Source: an uncultured Acidimicrobiales bacterium
GTDB taxonomy: Bacteria; Actinomycetota; Acidimicrobiia; Acidimicrobiales; CAWCAL01
NCBI GenBank assembly: GCA_963697385.1
Contig: CAVONU010000006.1
Location: forward strand, 213,659-277,658
DNA: 64,000 nucleotides
Direction: 5' to 3'
Position 1 is the first letter of the stretch; every line of letters begins with the position of its first letter. The notes below the pieces were generated by a model. That model saw only the letters and a list, made by a program, of their open reading frames with translations. It made no database searches and was not told the DNA's origin. Positions 21,597-30,086 of the stretch are shown here, piece by piece. The position numbers and the translations under genes are program-made.

Positions 21597-22688
21597 TCAG
21601 CTGACGCGAACCGGCATCAACAGGTAGAGGAAGTCCTCACGCTCCACCGATCGGAGCACGGCCGGCTTCAGGGCGTCCACGGTCTCCAGCGTGATCTCAT
21701 CACCCGGGGTGACCTCGATGCCGTCCATCAGGTATTCGGGATTGAAGGCCACGGTGAGCTCGCTGCCCTCGTACCCGGCGTCGATCTGTTCGTGCGCCTG
21801 TCCCACGTCCTGGGTGACCGCCAGCAGCTCGAGTCCACCCTCGCTCATGACCAGACGCACGGGAGTGGCTTCGCGGGCCAGCAGGCGGACGCGGCGGAGG
21901 GCATCGGCGATCGCGCTGCGCCCGACGGTGACGCGATTGGGTTGCGTGGTGGGGATCAGACCCTTGTAGTTCGGGAAATCGCCTTCGATCAGCCGGGTAC
22001 TGACCTGGATGTCATCCAGCTCGAACGTCGCGTCGCGCTCACCCAACCGAAGGGTCACGTCGCCGTCGTCCAGGAGGCGGGCCAACTCGCTCAGCGCCCG
22101 CGACGGCACCAGGACGCTCTGACCGGCCGACAACACACTGGCGCCCGGAAGATCTCGTACCGCCAGCCGGTAGGAGTCGGTGGCGACCAGGCGCAGACCG
22201 CCCTCCTCGGCGGTGAACAACACCCCGGTCAGGATCGGGCGGCTGTCATCGGACGAGGCGGCCGGAACCACCTGATGCAGCGCTTCGGCGAGCGCCGCGG
22301 CGTCGAAGGTGACGGCATCATCCGGCGGGTCGGCCAGAACGGGGAACTCCTCGGCGGGGATCAATCGAATCGAGAAATCCGATCGGCCCGAGGTGATCTC
22401 GGCCTGATCTTCGGTGGTGGTCACCTCGACGGCACCCTCGTCCAGGGCTCGCACGATGTCCGAGGCGAGCTTGGCCGGAACGACCACCGTCCCGTCCTCC
22501 TGGCCGGCGACGGTCACCGACACGACGATGGTGAGATCCAGATCACTTCCCGTGAGCTGCAGACGGTCGCCGGTGAGCTCGGCCCGGAGACCGGACAACA
22601 CCGGAAGAGAAGCTCCGCGGCTGGACACCGCTCGGCTCGCGGTGGCCAAAGCATCGGCAAGTACGTCACGCTCACAGCGGAACTTCAC
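21597..22688 (-). CDS. dnaN: DNA polymerase III subunit beta (sliding clamp)
   Basis: 363 aa with three-domain clamp pattern. GTG start with GAGGAG upstream. Lies downstream of dnaA. Confidence 0.97.
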   Translation of the reverse strand: MKFRCERDVLADALATASRAVSSRGASLPVLSGLRAELTGDRLQLTGSDLDLTIVVSVTVAGQEDGTVVVPAKLASDIVRALDEGAVEVTTTEDQAEITSGRSDFSIRLIPAEEFPVLADPPDDAVTFDAAALAEALHQVVPAASSDDSRPILTGVLFTAEEGGLRLVATDSYRLAVRDLPGASVLSAGQSVLVPSRALSELARLLDDGDVTLRLGERDATFELDDIQVSTRLIEGDFPNYKGLIPTTQPNRVTVGRSAIADALRRVRLLAREATPVRLVMSEGGLELLAVTQDVGQAHEQIDAGYEGSELTVAFNPEYLMDGIEVTPGDEITLETVDALKPAVLRSVEREDFLYLLMPVRVS

Positions 22689-22979
22689 AGTCTGCTTACT
22701 CCTCTTCCCTGTCTGATTGGGTAACCGTAGTCAGTAGTAGGTAGGTCCTGTGGGTTGTGGACGGACCGGCGCGATCGTTGTGGTACGAACGATGTCGCGT
22801 CCACCGGTCGATGCACAGCCATCAACATCTCACAATCGTGTGATTCGCGGGCCTGGGGGTGACGGGTACGTTGTCCAGCGCGGAGGCCCGGTTACCAACA
22901 CCCCTCACGTCGCTTATCCACCGTGCTGTCCACGACCCCGTCCACAGTGTGCGCCGTCGTGGGCCGGCCTCCGGTGTGG
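22689..22979. other. Candidate oriC (dnaA-dnaN spacer): AT-richer stretch plus DnaA-box cluster
   Basis: 291-bp spacer. Locally AT-rich 22689-22746 with TAG/GTAG repeats. DnaA-box-like 9-mers at 22756, 22871, 22914, 22926 and 22938. This is the usual actinobacterial oriC position. Confidence 0.5.
22914..22946 (+). promoter_or_regulatory. Three co-oriented DnaA-box-like 9-mers spaced exactly 12 bp apart
   Basis: TTATCCACC (22914), CTGTCCACG (22926), CCGTCCACA (22938). Each matches TT(A/G)TCCACA at 7-8 of 9 positions. Confidence 0.55.
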
Positions 22980-24446
22980 TCATGCCTGCTTGACTCGTTG
23001 GGTGAGCTCGGTCACCTGGTCGTAGGTCTGGCGTCGTTCGCCCAGTTGGTTGCGGATCTTCTCGCAGGCGTGGATGACCGTGGTGTGATCGCGACCGCCG
23101 AATTCCCGAGCGATGGCCGGATAACTGAGGTCGGTGAGCTCGCGTACGACGTACATGGCGGTCTGGCGGGCCGCGACCAGCGGCCGGCGTCGGCTCTTGC
23201 CGCAGATCTCCTCGACGCTGAAGTCGAACATCTCGGAGGTCTCGTCCAGGATGAGCTTCGGGGTGATGGGCCGGGGTTCGGCCGCCGACAGGACGTCGGA
23301 CAGGATCCGCGCCGCCAGCTGGGGCGTGGCCTGTTCCTGGTTGAGACTCGCGTAGGCGTTGACGCGGGTCAGCGCTCCCTCGAGCTCACGGATGTTGTTG
23401 GTGATGTGTTGGGCGATGTACTCGAGGACATCGTCGGGGAGGGAGTTGTTGTGGAGCTCGGCCTTCTTGCGGAGGATGGCGAGTCGGGTTTCCAGGTCGG
23501 GTGGCTGGATGTCGGTGATCAGGCCCATCTTGAACCGACTGCGCAAGCGGTCTTCGAGTGTCGGGATGGAGTCCGGCGGCCGGTCCGAGGACAGCACGAT
23601 CTGCCGGTTCGACTGATGCAGGGAATTGAAGGTGTGGAAGAACTCTTCCTGAAGCCCCTCTTTGCCTTCCATGAACTGGATGTCATCGACGAGCAGCACG
23701 TCGATCTCGCGATACTTGCGTTTGAAGTTGGGCTGGGTGTTGCGGCGGATCGATTCGACGAACTCGTTCAGGAAGGTCTCGGTCGAGAGGTACGAGACGC
23801 GGTAGGTGGGGTAGTTGTCGGAGACGTAGTTGGCGATGGCCTGGAGGAGATGGGTCTTGCCCAGCCCGGCGCTGCCGTAGATGAACAGGGGGTTGTAGGA
23901 CTTGGCCGGCGTCTCGGCCACCGACAGCGCTGCAGCGTGGGCGAACCGGTTCGATGCGCCCTGGACGAAGGACTCGAACGTGTACCGCGCGTCGGTGGGC
24001 GAACTGGACGGTCCCGATGCCGACGCCAGCACCGGAGAGGTGTCGCCACCGGAGAGCCGCCCGATGCCCGTGCTCTGGTGTTGCTCGCGTTGGTGAGGCG
24101 GTGACGTGGCGGCGCCGAGCGTCGGATCCGACGTCCGCGTGAGATCGATCGTCATTTCACCATCTGTTTCGACGATGATGGTCACCTCTTCGGCCGGTGA
24201 GGACACCTGACCCAGGGCGGAGCGAACCAGATCGACGTATCGGGTCTCGATTCGCTCCTTCATCAAGACGCTGGGTACCCCCAGGGTGAGGACGACATCC
24301 TCGACTCCCACGGCGGTGACGTGCTCGAACGTGCTGTGCCACACACCGTCGGGAACCTGGGGCCGAATCAGGTCCCGGCACGCGGTCCAGACCTGGCTTG
24401 CTTCTTGCACGCTGCGCCCTCCGGCTTCTTCCACAACACTCTCCAC
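22980..24446 (-). CDS. dnaA: Chromosomal replication initiator protein DnaA
   Basis: 488 aa. AAA+ Walker A GSAGLGKTHLL, box VII/sensor motifs, C-terminal DNA-binding domain (..HTTVIHACEKI..). GTG start. Confidence 0.98.
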   Translation of the reverse strand: MESVVEEAGGRSVQEASQVWTACRDLIRPQVPDGVWHSTFEHVTAVGVEDVVLTLGVPSVLMKERIETRYVDLVRSALGQVSSPAEEVTIIVETDGEMTIDLTRTSDPTLGAATSPPHQREQHQSTGIGRLSGGDTSPVLASASGPSSSPTDARYTFESFVQGASNRFAHAAALSVAETPAKSYNPLFIYGSAGLGKTHLLQAIANYVSDNYPTYRVSYLSTETFLNEFVESIRRNTQPNFKRKYREIDVLLVDDIQFMEGKEGLQEEFFHTFNSLHQSNRQIVLSSDRPPDSIPTLEDRLRSRFKMGLITDIQPPDLETRLAILRKKAELHNNSLPDDVLEYIAQHITNNIRELEGALTRVNAYASLNQEQATPQLAARILSDVLSAAEPRPITPKLILDETSEMFDFSVEEICGKSRRRPLVAARQTAMYVVRELTDLSYPAIAREFGGRDHTTVIHACEKIRNQLGERRQTYDQVTELTQRVKQA

Positions 24447-24449
24447 ATC

Positions 24450-24458
24450 TGTGGATAA
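24450..24458 (-). promoter_or_regulatory. Perfect consensus DnaA box TTATCCACA
   Basis: The plus strand reads TGTGGATAA. The box lies 3 nt upstream of the dnaA GTG (24446), consistent with autoregulation. Confidence 0.7.
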
Positions 24459-24787
24459 GGGGGGTCAACCACCGAAAGGCGTCGCAGGGACGAACCCTGC
24501 GAACGTTCGGTGCCCACCATGGAACCGTCCGATCCGATGAGACGGGACCAGGCAACCTAGCACTGCCGTTAGCATGACGCATCACGTTGGTGGTGGATGG
24601 TCCGGCACCAGCCGACTTTTGCGGATCGACTGATGTCGACCTATGGTCGCAGCAGATCTGTGCCCATCTATGGCTGTGCAATTCTCGGTTGCCATCGGGT
24701 GCACGGAGCGTTGTTCATCCGGTCAGCCGGCCGGGTCGTCCTGATGGTGGTGGCGCGGCACGAGTCGCCCACACGAGGAGTCTCCCG

Positions 24788-24922
24788 TTGAAGCGTACCT
24801 ACCAACCCAACGTCCGGAAGCGGTCCAAACGACACGGCTTCCGCAAACGGATGTCCTCCCGAGGCGGCCGGGCCGTGATTCGGTCTCGCCGTCGCAAGGG
24901 ACGACACCGGTTGTCGGCCTGA
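24788..24922 (+). CDS. rpmH: 50S ribosomal protein L34
   Basis: TTG start. Sequence (M)[43 protein letters not shown], 44 aa, the canonical L34 sequence. Confidence 0.92.
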   Translation: MKRTYQPNVRKRSKRHGFRKRMSSRGGRAVIRSRRRKGRHRLSA

Positions 24923-25263
24923 TCTGGCGTCTTCGTGACCGTCGCACCTTCGGGCAACTCCATGCAGTCGGCCTCCGGGCCACGCGAGGGAGTGTGACCG
25001 CCATCTGGCTCCCCGGTGAAGCGCCGCCGCGCGTGGCGTTCGCGGTCGGGCGCCCGGTGGGCAACGCCGTCACCCGGAATCGGGTGAAACGCCGGCTTCG
25101 CGCCGCGGTGACAGCCGTCGACCTGGCCGCCCAACAGGGGTCCCACCCCGGGATCGGTGGCGGCGCATGGCTGTTCCGGGCCCGGCCCGATGCGGCCGAG
25201 CGGTCGTATGATCGGCTTCGAGACGATCTCGACCAGGCCGTGCAGGCGGCCCAGCGCCGATGA
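24919..25263 (+). CDS. rnpA: Ribonuclease P protein component
   Basis: RNR motif [12 protein letters not shown]. The track ORF starts at GTG 24994. An RnpA-like N-terminal segment ([15 protein letters not shown]..) is in frame upstream with no ATG/GTG/TTG. Start placed at CTG 24919, which overlaps the rpmH stop. 24994 is the alternative. Confidence 0.75.
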   Translation: MIWRLRDRRTFGQLHAVGLRATRGSVTAIWLPGEAPPRVAFAVGRPVGNAVTRNRVKRRLRAAVTAVDLAAQQGSHPGIGGGAWLFRARPDAAERSYDRLRDDLDQAVQAAQRR

Positions 25264-25535
25264 GTTCGGACACGATCACCCCGGCGCCACCGGCAGAGGA
25301 CTCCCGCCCCGGCCCGGTCGCCCGCGTGGTGATGGTCCTGATTCGTACCTACCAACACGCCCGCGCCGGCCGCCTGTCCCCGTGCCGGTTCCAACCCACC
25401 TGCTCGACCTACGCCCTCGAGGCCGTCCAGACCCACGGAGCGCTCCGCGGTGGGATCTTGGCCGTGCGTCGCATCGGGCGCTGCCACCCGTGGGGTGGCT
25501 CGGGATGGGACCCCGTTCCCGAACGGAGATCGTGA
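25260..25535 (+). CDS. yidD: Membrane protein insertion efficiency factor YidD
   Basis: 91 aa. ATGA overlap with rnpA. Motif [14 protein letters not shown]...[19 protein letters not shown]. Confidence 0.88.
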   Translation: MSSDTITPAPPAEDSRPGPVARVVMVLIRTYQHARAGRLSPCRFQPTCSTYALEAVQTHGALRGGILAVRRIGRCHPWGGSGWDPVPERRS

Positions 25536-25541
25536 GAACCC

Positions 25542-26618
25542 ATGTTTGATGCCATCGCCACCGTCCTCGCCTGGTGTTACGACATCGTGCATTCGTACGC
25601 CGGCGCCATCGTCCTGCTGACCCTGGGCGTCATGGTCCTGTTGACCCCGTTGACCCTCAAGGGCACACGGTCGATGATCAAAATGCAGGAAATGCAACCG
25701 GAGTTGAAGAAACTTCAGGAGAAGTACAAGGACGACCGGGAAAAGCTCAACGAAGAGATGATGGCGTTCTACAAGGACAACGGCATCAATCCGGTGGCCG
25801 GGTGTCTCCCCACGTTGATTCAGATCCCGGTCTTCATCGTGCTCTATCAGGTGATCCGGGGGCTCACGAGTCGGGTCGGCGGCCTGGGCTCGGAGACCGG
25901 TGCTGCCATGGTCGGCCAGGAGTTCCCGGCCAAGCCCCCCTTCGATCCCAAGTACATCAATCACGACACCCCGCTGTATCAGGATCTCTCGGGAACCAAC
26001 GAGATGTTGTCCTGGGGCCTCGACCTCTCCATCACGCCGGCGCAGGCGCTGTCCGAAGGGGTCGTCACCGCGCTGCCGTACCTGGCGCTGATCGTGGTGG
26101 TGGCCGTCTCCAGTTGGTACCAGCAGAAGCAGATCCAGGGCCGGCGCAAGCCGGGCCAGGCCGAGGTCAACCCGCAGCAGCAGGCCATCATGAAGGTGCT
26201 GCCCTTCATGCTGCCGGTGATCTCGTTCTCGATGCCCACGGCGCTGGTGATCTACTTCGTCTTCTCCAACCTCTACCGGGTGGCCCAGCAGTACTGGATC
26301 ACCCGCACCCTCTACGGCGACGAGGGTGAGCTGCACGATGTCGCCGAAGCGCACGCCGCCGCCGCCAAGGCGGGGAAGACCGGGGCCAAGGGAGGCACCG
26401 GCAAGGGTGGGGCGAAGAAGAGCGGTACCGGCGGCAAGAAGTCGGGAGGCTCGGGTGGCGGCCGTGCCGCGGCCAAGAGCGGCACCGCCACCAAGACCCG
26501 GGCCTCGGCTCGGAGCAAGAACGGAACGTCCGGATCTTCCGGAGGACGCAAGAAGCCGCCGCCCGCTGCGGCGGCACCGACGCCGCGTCCGCGGAAGAAG
26601 AAACGAAAGAGGAATTGA
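25542..26618 (+). CDS. yidC: Membrane protein insertase YidC (short Gram-positive type) with long basic C-terminal tail
   Basis: 358 aa. Motifs ..MQEMQPELKKLQEKYKDDREKLNEEMMAFYKDNGINP..GCLPTLIQIPVF.. The Lys/Gly-rich tail ends KKKRKRN. Confidence 0.95.
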   Translation: MFDAIATVLAWCYDIVHSYAGAIVLLTLGVMVLLTPLTLKGTRSMIKMQEMQPELKKLQEKYKDDREKLNEEMMAFYKDNGINPVAGCLPTLIQIPVFIVLYQVIRGLTSRVGGLGSETGAAMVGQEFPAKPPFDPKYINHDTPLYQDLSGTNEMLSWGLDLSITPAQALSEGVVTALPYLALIVVVAVSSWYQQKQIQGRRKPGQAEVNPQQQAIMKVLPFMLPVISFSMPTALVIYFVFSNLYRVAQQYWITRTLYGDEGELHDVAEAHAAAAKAGKTGAKGGTGKGGAKKSGTGGKKSGGSGGGRAAAKSGTATKTRASARSKNGTSGSSGGRKKPPPAAAAPTPRPRKKKRKRN

Positions 26619-26624
26619 TTCACT

Positions 26625-27539
26625 GTGGAATGGGTAGTTACCACCGGTAAGACGGTCGAGCAGGCCAAGGAACGCGCCCTCGACCAACTCGGGATCGCCG
26701 CCGACGAGGCCGAGTTCGAGACGATCACGAGCCCGAAGAAGGGCTTGTTCGGCATGGTCCGGGGTGAGGCACAGATTCGTGCCCGCGTGCGTCCGGTCCA
26801 GCCTCGAGCGAAGAAGGAGGCCCGGCGAGGGCGCGACGGTGGTGGCAACAAGCGCAGTGGCGGCAACAAGCGCGGCGGCGGTCAGGGCCGAGCCAAGTCC
26901 GGCGGCGGCGGCGGGGGTCGCCAGGGCGGATCGAACAAGAAGTCCGAGTCGCGTGCCGAGGGGGAGGAGCCCCGAGCGACGGTGCCGGCCAAGAAGAAGC
27001 CGTCCGGTCGGAAGGATGCGCCCGCCAGGAACAAGCCCGAGAAGGATCAGGAGGCCATAGTGAACATGAGTGTTCAAGAACAGTCCGAGGTGGTCGAGGA
27101 ATTCCTGGGCGGTCTGGTCGAGGCGTTCGGCTTCTCGGCCGACGTGTCGACGACCGAGATCGAAGAGGACACGGTGCTGGTCCGCGTGGATGGTGACGGG
27201 TTGGGACTGATGGTCGGGCGGAAGGGCCGAACGCTGTCGGCGATTCACGAGATCAGTCGTGCCGTCCTGCACCGCGAGGCCGACGGCCCGCTGCGGGGTC
27301 GGATCCGGCTGGACGTAGCCGGCTATCGCGAGCGGCGCCAGATCGCCCTCGAAGGGTTCGTTCGTGAGGCCGCGGCCAAGGTCATCGAGGACGGGGTGGA
27401 CCTGGCGCTCGAGCCGATGTCCGCTCCCGATCGGAAGATCGTGCACGACACCGCGGCTGAGATCGAGGGAATCCGCACCCTGTCCGAGGGCGAGGAACCG
27501 AATCGTCGCGTGGTCCTGGTCGTCGAGGGCGACGACTGA
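26625..27539 (+). CDS. jag: Jag/KhpB-type RNA-binding protein (Jag_N, KH, R3H) with internal Arg/Gly/Lys-rich disordered linker
   Basis: 304 aa. GTG start. The N-terminal Jag domain is TGKTVEQAKERALDQLG. C-terminal KH/R3H region (..IGRKGRTLSAI.., ..DRKIVHDT..). Conserved position after yidC. Confidence 0.9.
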   Translation: MEWVVTTGKTVEQAKERALDQLGIAADEAEFETITSPKKGLFGMVRGEAQIRARVRPVQPRAKKEARRGRDGGGNKRSGGNKRGGGQGRAKSGGGGGGRQGGSNKKSESRAEGEEPRATVPAKKKPSGRKDAPARNKPEKDQEAIVNMSVQEQSEVVEEFLGGLVEAFGFSADVSTTEIEEDTVLVRVDGDGLGLMVGRKGRTLSAIHEISRAVLHREADGPLRGRIRLDVAGYRERRQIALEGFVREAAAKVIEDGVDLALEPMSAPDRKIVHDTAAEIEGIRTLSEGEEPNRRVVLVVEGDD

Positions 27540-28219
27540 GCGCAGCCGGTCTCCTGCTCGAGGAGGCGGCCCGGCGTGGCCTCCTCGGTGGTCGGGTGGC
27601 GGACCACCGTACCCACTCCGAGGCGTTCGCTGGGGTGGTCCGGAGCCTCATCGGCGCCGGCCGGCTCGCCGGGGCGGCGCAGGCGGGTGACGACGCACCC
27701 GGCGGGGCATCGTCCCCACGACCGGAACTGGCCGACATCGGCTCGGGTGCGGGGGTGCCCGGACTGATCTTGGCCGAACTGCTCCCGGAGGTCGCGGTGA
27801 CCCTGATCGATCGTCGCGCCGGTCGGGCGGCCTGGCTGGAGGAAGCCGCGGCGGCGCTGGCCCGCGAGGGGATCGGAATTCGGGTGCGATGCGGCGACGT
27901 GTACGACCTGGCCCGGGGCGAGGACCGAGGTCGATACGATTTGGTCACGGCTCGAGCGTTCGGGAGCCCGGTCGTCACGGCGGAGCTGGGCGGTGCCCTG
28001 CTCAGGACGGGGGGTCTCCTGGTGGTCAGTGAGCCCCCGGATCAGCCCGACCGCTGGAACGACGTCGATCTCGAGGGGCTCGGATTGACCGACAGCGGTC
28101 CCGCCGGGGCCATCCCGCGGGTAGGGGCGGAAGCGACGCGGCGGGCCCGATTTCGGGTCCTGGTTCGGCGGGCCCCGCTGGCCCCCCATCGGCCTCGTCG
28201 GACACCGCGTCCGGCGTAA
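27536..28219 (+). CDS. rsmG: 16S rRNA (guanine527-N7)-methyltransferase RsmG (GidB)
   Basis: SAM motif DIGSGAGVPGL and ..VTARAF.. The track ORF starts at GTG 27596. An in-frame upstream segment (LLLEEAARRGLLGG) resembles RsmG N-termini but has no canonical start. CTG 27536 overlaps the jag stop (CTGA). 27596 is the alternative start. Confidence 0.8.
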   Translation: MSAAGLLLEEAARRGLLGGRVADHRTHSEAFAGVVRSLIGAGRLAGAAQAGDDAPGGASSPRPELADIGSGAGVPGLILAELLPEVAVTLIDRRAGRAAWLEEAAAALAREGIGIRVRCGDVYDLARGEDRGRYDLVTARAFGSPVVTAELGGALLRTGGLLVVSEPPDQPDRWNDVDLEGLGLTDSGPAGAIPRVGAEATRRARFRVLVRRAPLAPHRPRRTPRPA

Positions 28220-28246
28220 CGGCGGACGACGCCCGGGCGGGGCCCA

Positions 28247-28262
28247 GGTTTCACGTGAAACG
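28247..28262. other. parS centromere-like site 1
   Basis: GGTTTCACGTGAAACG. The inner 14 bp are identical to the consensus tGTTTCACGTGAAACa. Confidence 0.85.
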
Positions 28263-28317
28263 GTGGCCGTCCCCGTCGGACGGGTACGCGCGCCGCCTCC
28301 GGATCCGGCGTCACGCC

Positions 28318-28333
28318 CGTTTCACGTGAAACC
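28318..28333. other. parS centromere-like site 2
   Basis: CGTTTCACGTGAAACC. With flanks it is the reverse complement of site 1 over 20 bp. It ends 12 nt upstream of the annotated parA start. Confidence 0.85.
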
Positions 28334-28345
28334 TGGCGCTCGGCC

Positions 28346-29185
28346 TTGACCGCCGGCCGGCCGAGCGACGAGGATAGCGGTCGCTTGTGGCCCGACCAGA
28401 GGAGCCGGACATTGATCGCTCGCCCCCTGCCGCGCGTCATCGCGGTGGCGAATCAGAAAGGTGGGGTCGGAAAGACCACCACGTCGGTCAACCTCGGGGC
28501 GGCGCTGGCCGACCTCGAGTTCCGGACCCTGGTGGTGGATCTCGACCCCCAGGGGAATGCCAGCACCGGACTCGGGATCAGCCCCCGCAATATCGAGCAC
28601 ACCATGTACGACGTCATCATCCACGGCGTCGCGATGGAAGATTGCCTCGAGGCCACCGCGGTGAAGCACCTGTTCGTGGCCCCGGCGAATCTCGATCTGG
28701 CCGGGGCCGAGATCGAGCTGGTGCCGGCCTTCAGTCGAGAGATGAAACTGAAGCAGGCCATCGACGAGGTGCGCGACGACTTCGACTACATCATCATCGA
28801 TTGTCCCCCGTCTCTGGGCTTGCTGACGGTGAACGCGCTCGCCGCGGCCTCGGAGGTGATGGTGCCGATCCAGTGCGAGTACTACGCCTTGGAGGGACTG
28901 GGCCAGCTCTTGCGCAACGTGGACCTGGTCCAGCGCAATCTGAACACCGATCTCGAGGTCAGTGCCATCGTGCTTGTCATGTACGACGCTCGGACGAAGT
29001 TGGCCGAGCACGTGGCGCTCGAGGTGCGGCAGCACTTCGGTGACACCGTGTGCCGGAATGTGATCCCGCGTTCGGTTCGCCTGTCCGAGGCACCGTCGTT
29101 CGGCCAACCCATCACCGTGTTCGATCCATCGTCTCGGGGGGCCATCGCCTACCGCGAACTGGCTCGGGAGGTAAGTGGAAAATGA
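28346..29185 (+). CDS. parA: Chromosome partitioning ATPase ParA (Soj)
   Basis: Deviant Walker A NQKGGVGKTTT and ..VDLDPQGN.. motif. The start is uncertain: TTG 28346, or an in-frame TTG further downstream. Confidence 0.95.
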   Translation: MTAGRPSDEDSGRLWPDQRSRTLIARPLPRVIAVANQKGGVGKTTTSVNLGAALADLEFRTLVVDLDPQGNASTGLGISPRNIEHTMYDVIIHGVAMEDCLEATAVKHLFVAPANLDLAGAEIELVPAFSREMKLKQAIDEVRDDFDYIIIDCPPSLGLLTVNALAAASEVMVPIQCEYYALEGLGQLLRNVDLVQRNLNTDLEVSAIVLVMYDARTKLAEHVALEVRQHFGDTVCRNVIPRSVRLSEAPSFGQPITVFDPSSRGAIAYRELAREVSGK

Positions 29186-30078
29186 CCGACGCACGAAAGG
29201 GCGGTCTGGGACGAGGCCTGGGCGCGTTGATCCCGACCGACGCCACCAGCGGGACCGCGTCGGAGGGGGCGCTGCGTGACGTTCCCATCGACGAGATCGA
29301 AGCCAACCGGTTCCAGCCCCGCGAGCGGTTCGAGGAGGCCTCGCTGATGGCGCTGGCGGACTCGATCCGCGAGCTCGGCGTGTTGCAACCGGTGCTGGTG
29401 CGCGAGGCGGATGAGGGGTACGAACTGATCGCAGGGGAGCGGCGATGGCGGGCCGCGAAACGGGCCGGGCTCACCACCATCCCCGCGCTGGTGCGCACCG
29501 CCGACGATCTGGCCTCGCTGGAACAAGCGGTGGTGGAGAACCTGCACCGCGCCGATCTGAATCCGTTGGAGGAGGCCGCTGCCTACCAACAACTGCTCGA
29601 GGACTTCGAGCTGACGCAGACCACCCTGGCCACCCGGGTGGGAAAGAGTCGGTCCGCGATCAGCAACCTGCTCCGGTTGTTCCAGCTGCCCGGATCGATC
29701 CAGAAGTTGGTGATGGACGGTCGCTTGGCCGAGGGTCACGCTCGAGCGCTCCTGGGGACCCCCGATCGTCAACAGCAGGAACGACTGGCGCAGCGCGCCG
29801 TTCGTCAGGGGCTGAGCGTGCGGGAGGTGGAGGAGGCGGTCCGTGCCCTCGACGACGACGAGGCCGGCGATGCGCCGGCGCCGAAGCCGGCGGCGCTCCG
29901 ACCGCCGGGTCTGTTGGAGTTGGAGAACCTGTTGTCCGACCACCTGGCCACCAAGGTGACCGTCACGATGGGCACGCGGCGGGGCCGGGTGCAGATCGAT
30001 TTTGCCGATCTCTCCGACCTGGAGCGCATCTACCGGGCCATGACCGAACCGGCCTCCGACGAAGACGGGCCCGGCTGA
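29182..30078 (+). CDS. parB: Chromosome partitioning protein ParB (Spo0J)
   Basis: ATG 29182 overlaps the parA stop (ATGA). Motifs GLGRGLGALIP, ..QPRE.F.., LIAGERRWRAA (CTP-binding GERR box) and an HTH. Confidence 0.95.
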   Translation: MTDARKGGLGRGLGALIPTDATSGTASEGALRDVPIDEIEANRFQPRERFEEASLMALADSIRELGVLQPVLVREADEGYELIAGERRWRAAKRAGLTTIPALVRTADDLASLEQAVVENLHRADLNPLEEAAAYQQLLEDFELTQTTLATRVGKSRSAISNLLRLFQLPGSIQKLVMDGRLAEGHARALLGTPDRQQQERLAQRAVRQGLSVREVEEAVRALDDDEAGDAPAPKPAALRPPGLLELENLLSDHLATKVTVTMGTRRGRVQIDFADLSDLERIYRAMTEPASDEDGPG

Positions 30079-30086
30079 GGGTTTTT

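Noticed and set aside
24447-24787. dnaA-rpmH spacer as the primary oriC
   Set aside because: It has only one strong DnaA box, at the dnaA start. The other matches are 6-7 of 9, with no phased array and no clear AT-rich unwinding stretch. It is kept as a promoter/autoregulation region. This is not excluded without skew or ChIP data.
24723-27446. 907-aa ORF on the minus strand
   Set aside because: It lies antisense to the rpmH-rnpA-yidD-yidC-jag operon, whose products are unmistakable. Same GC artefact.
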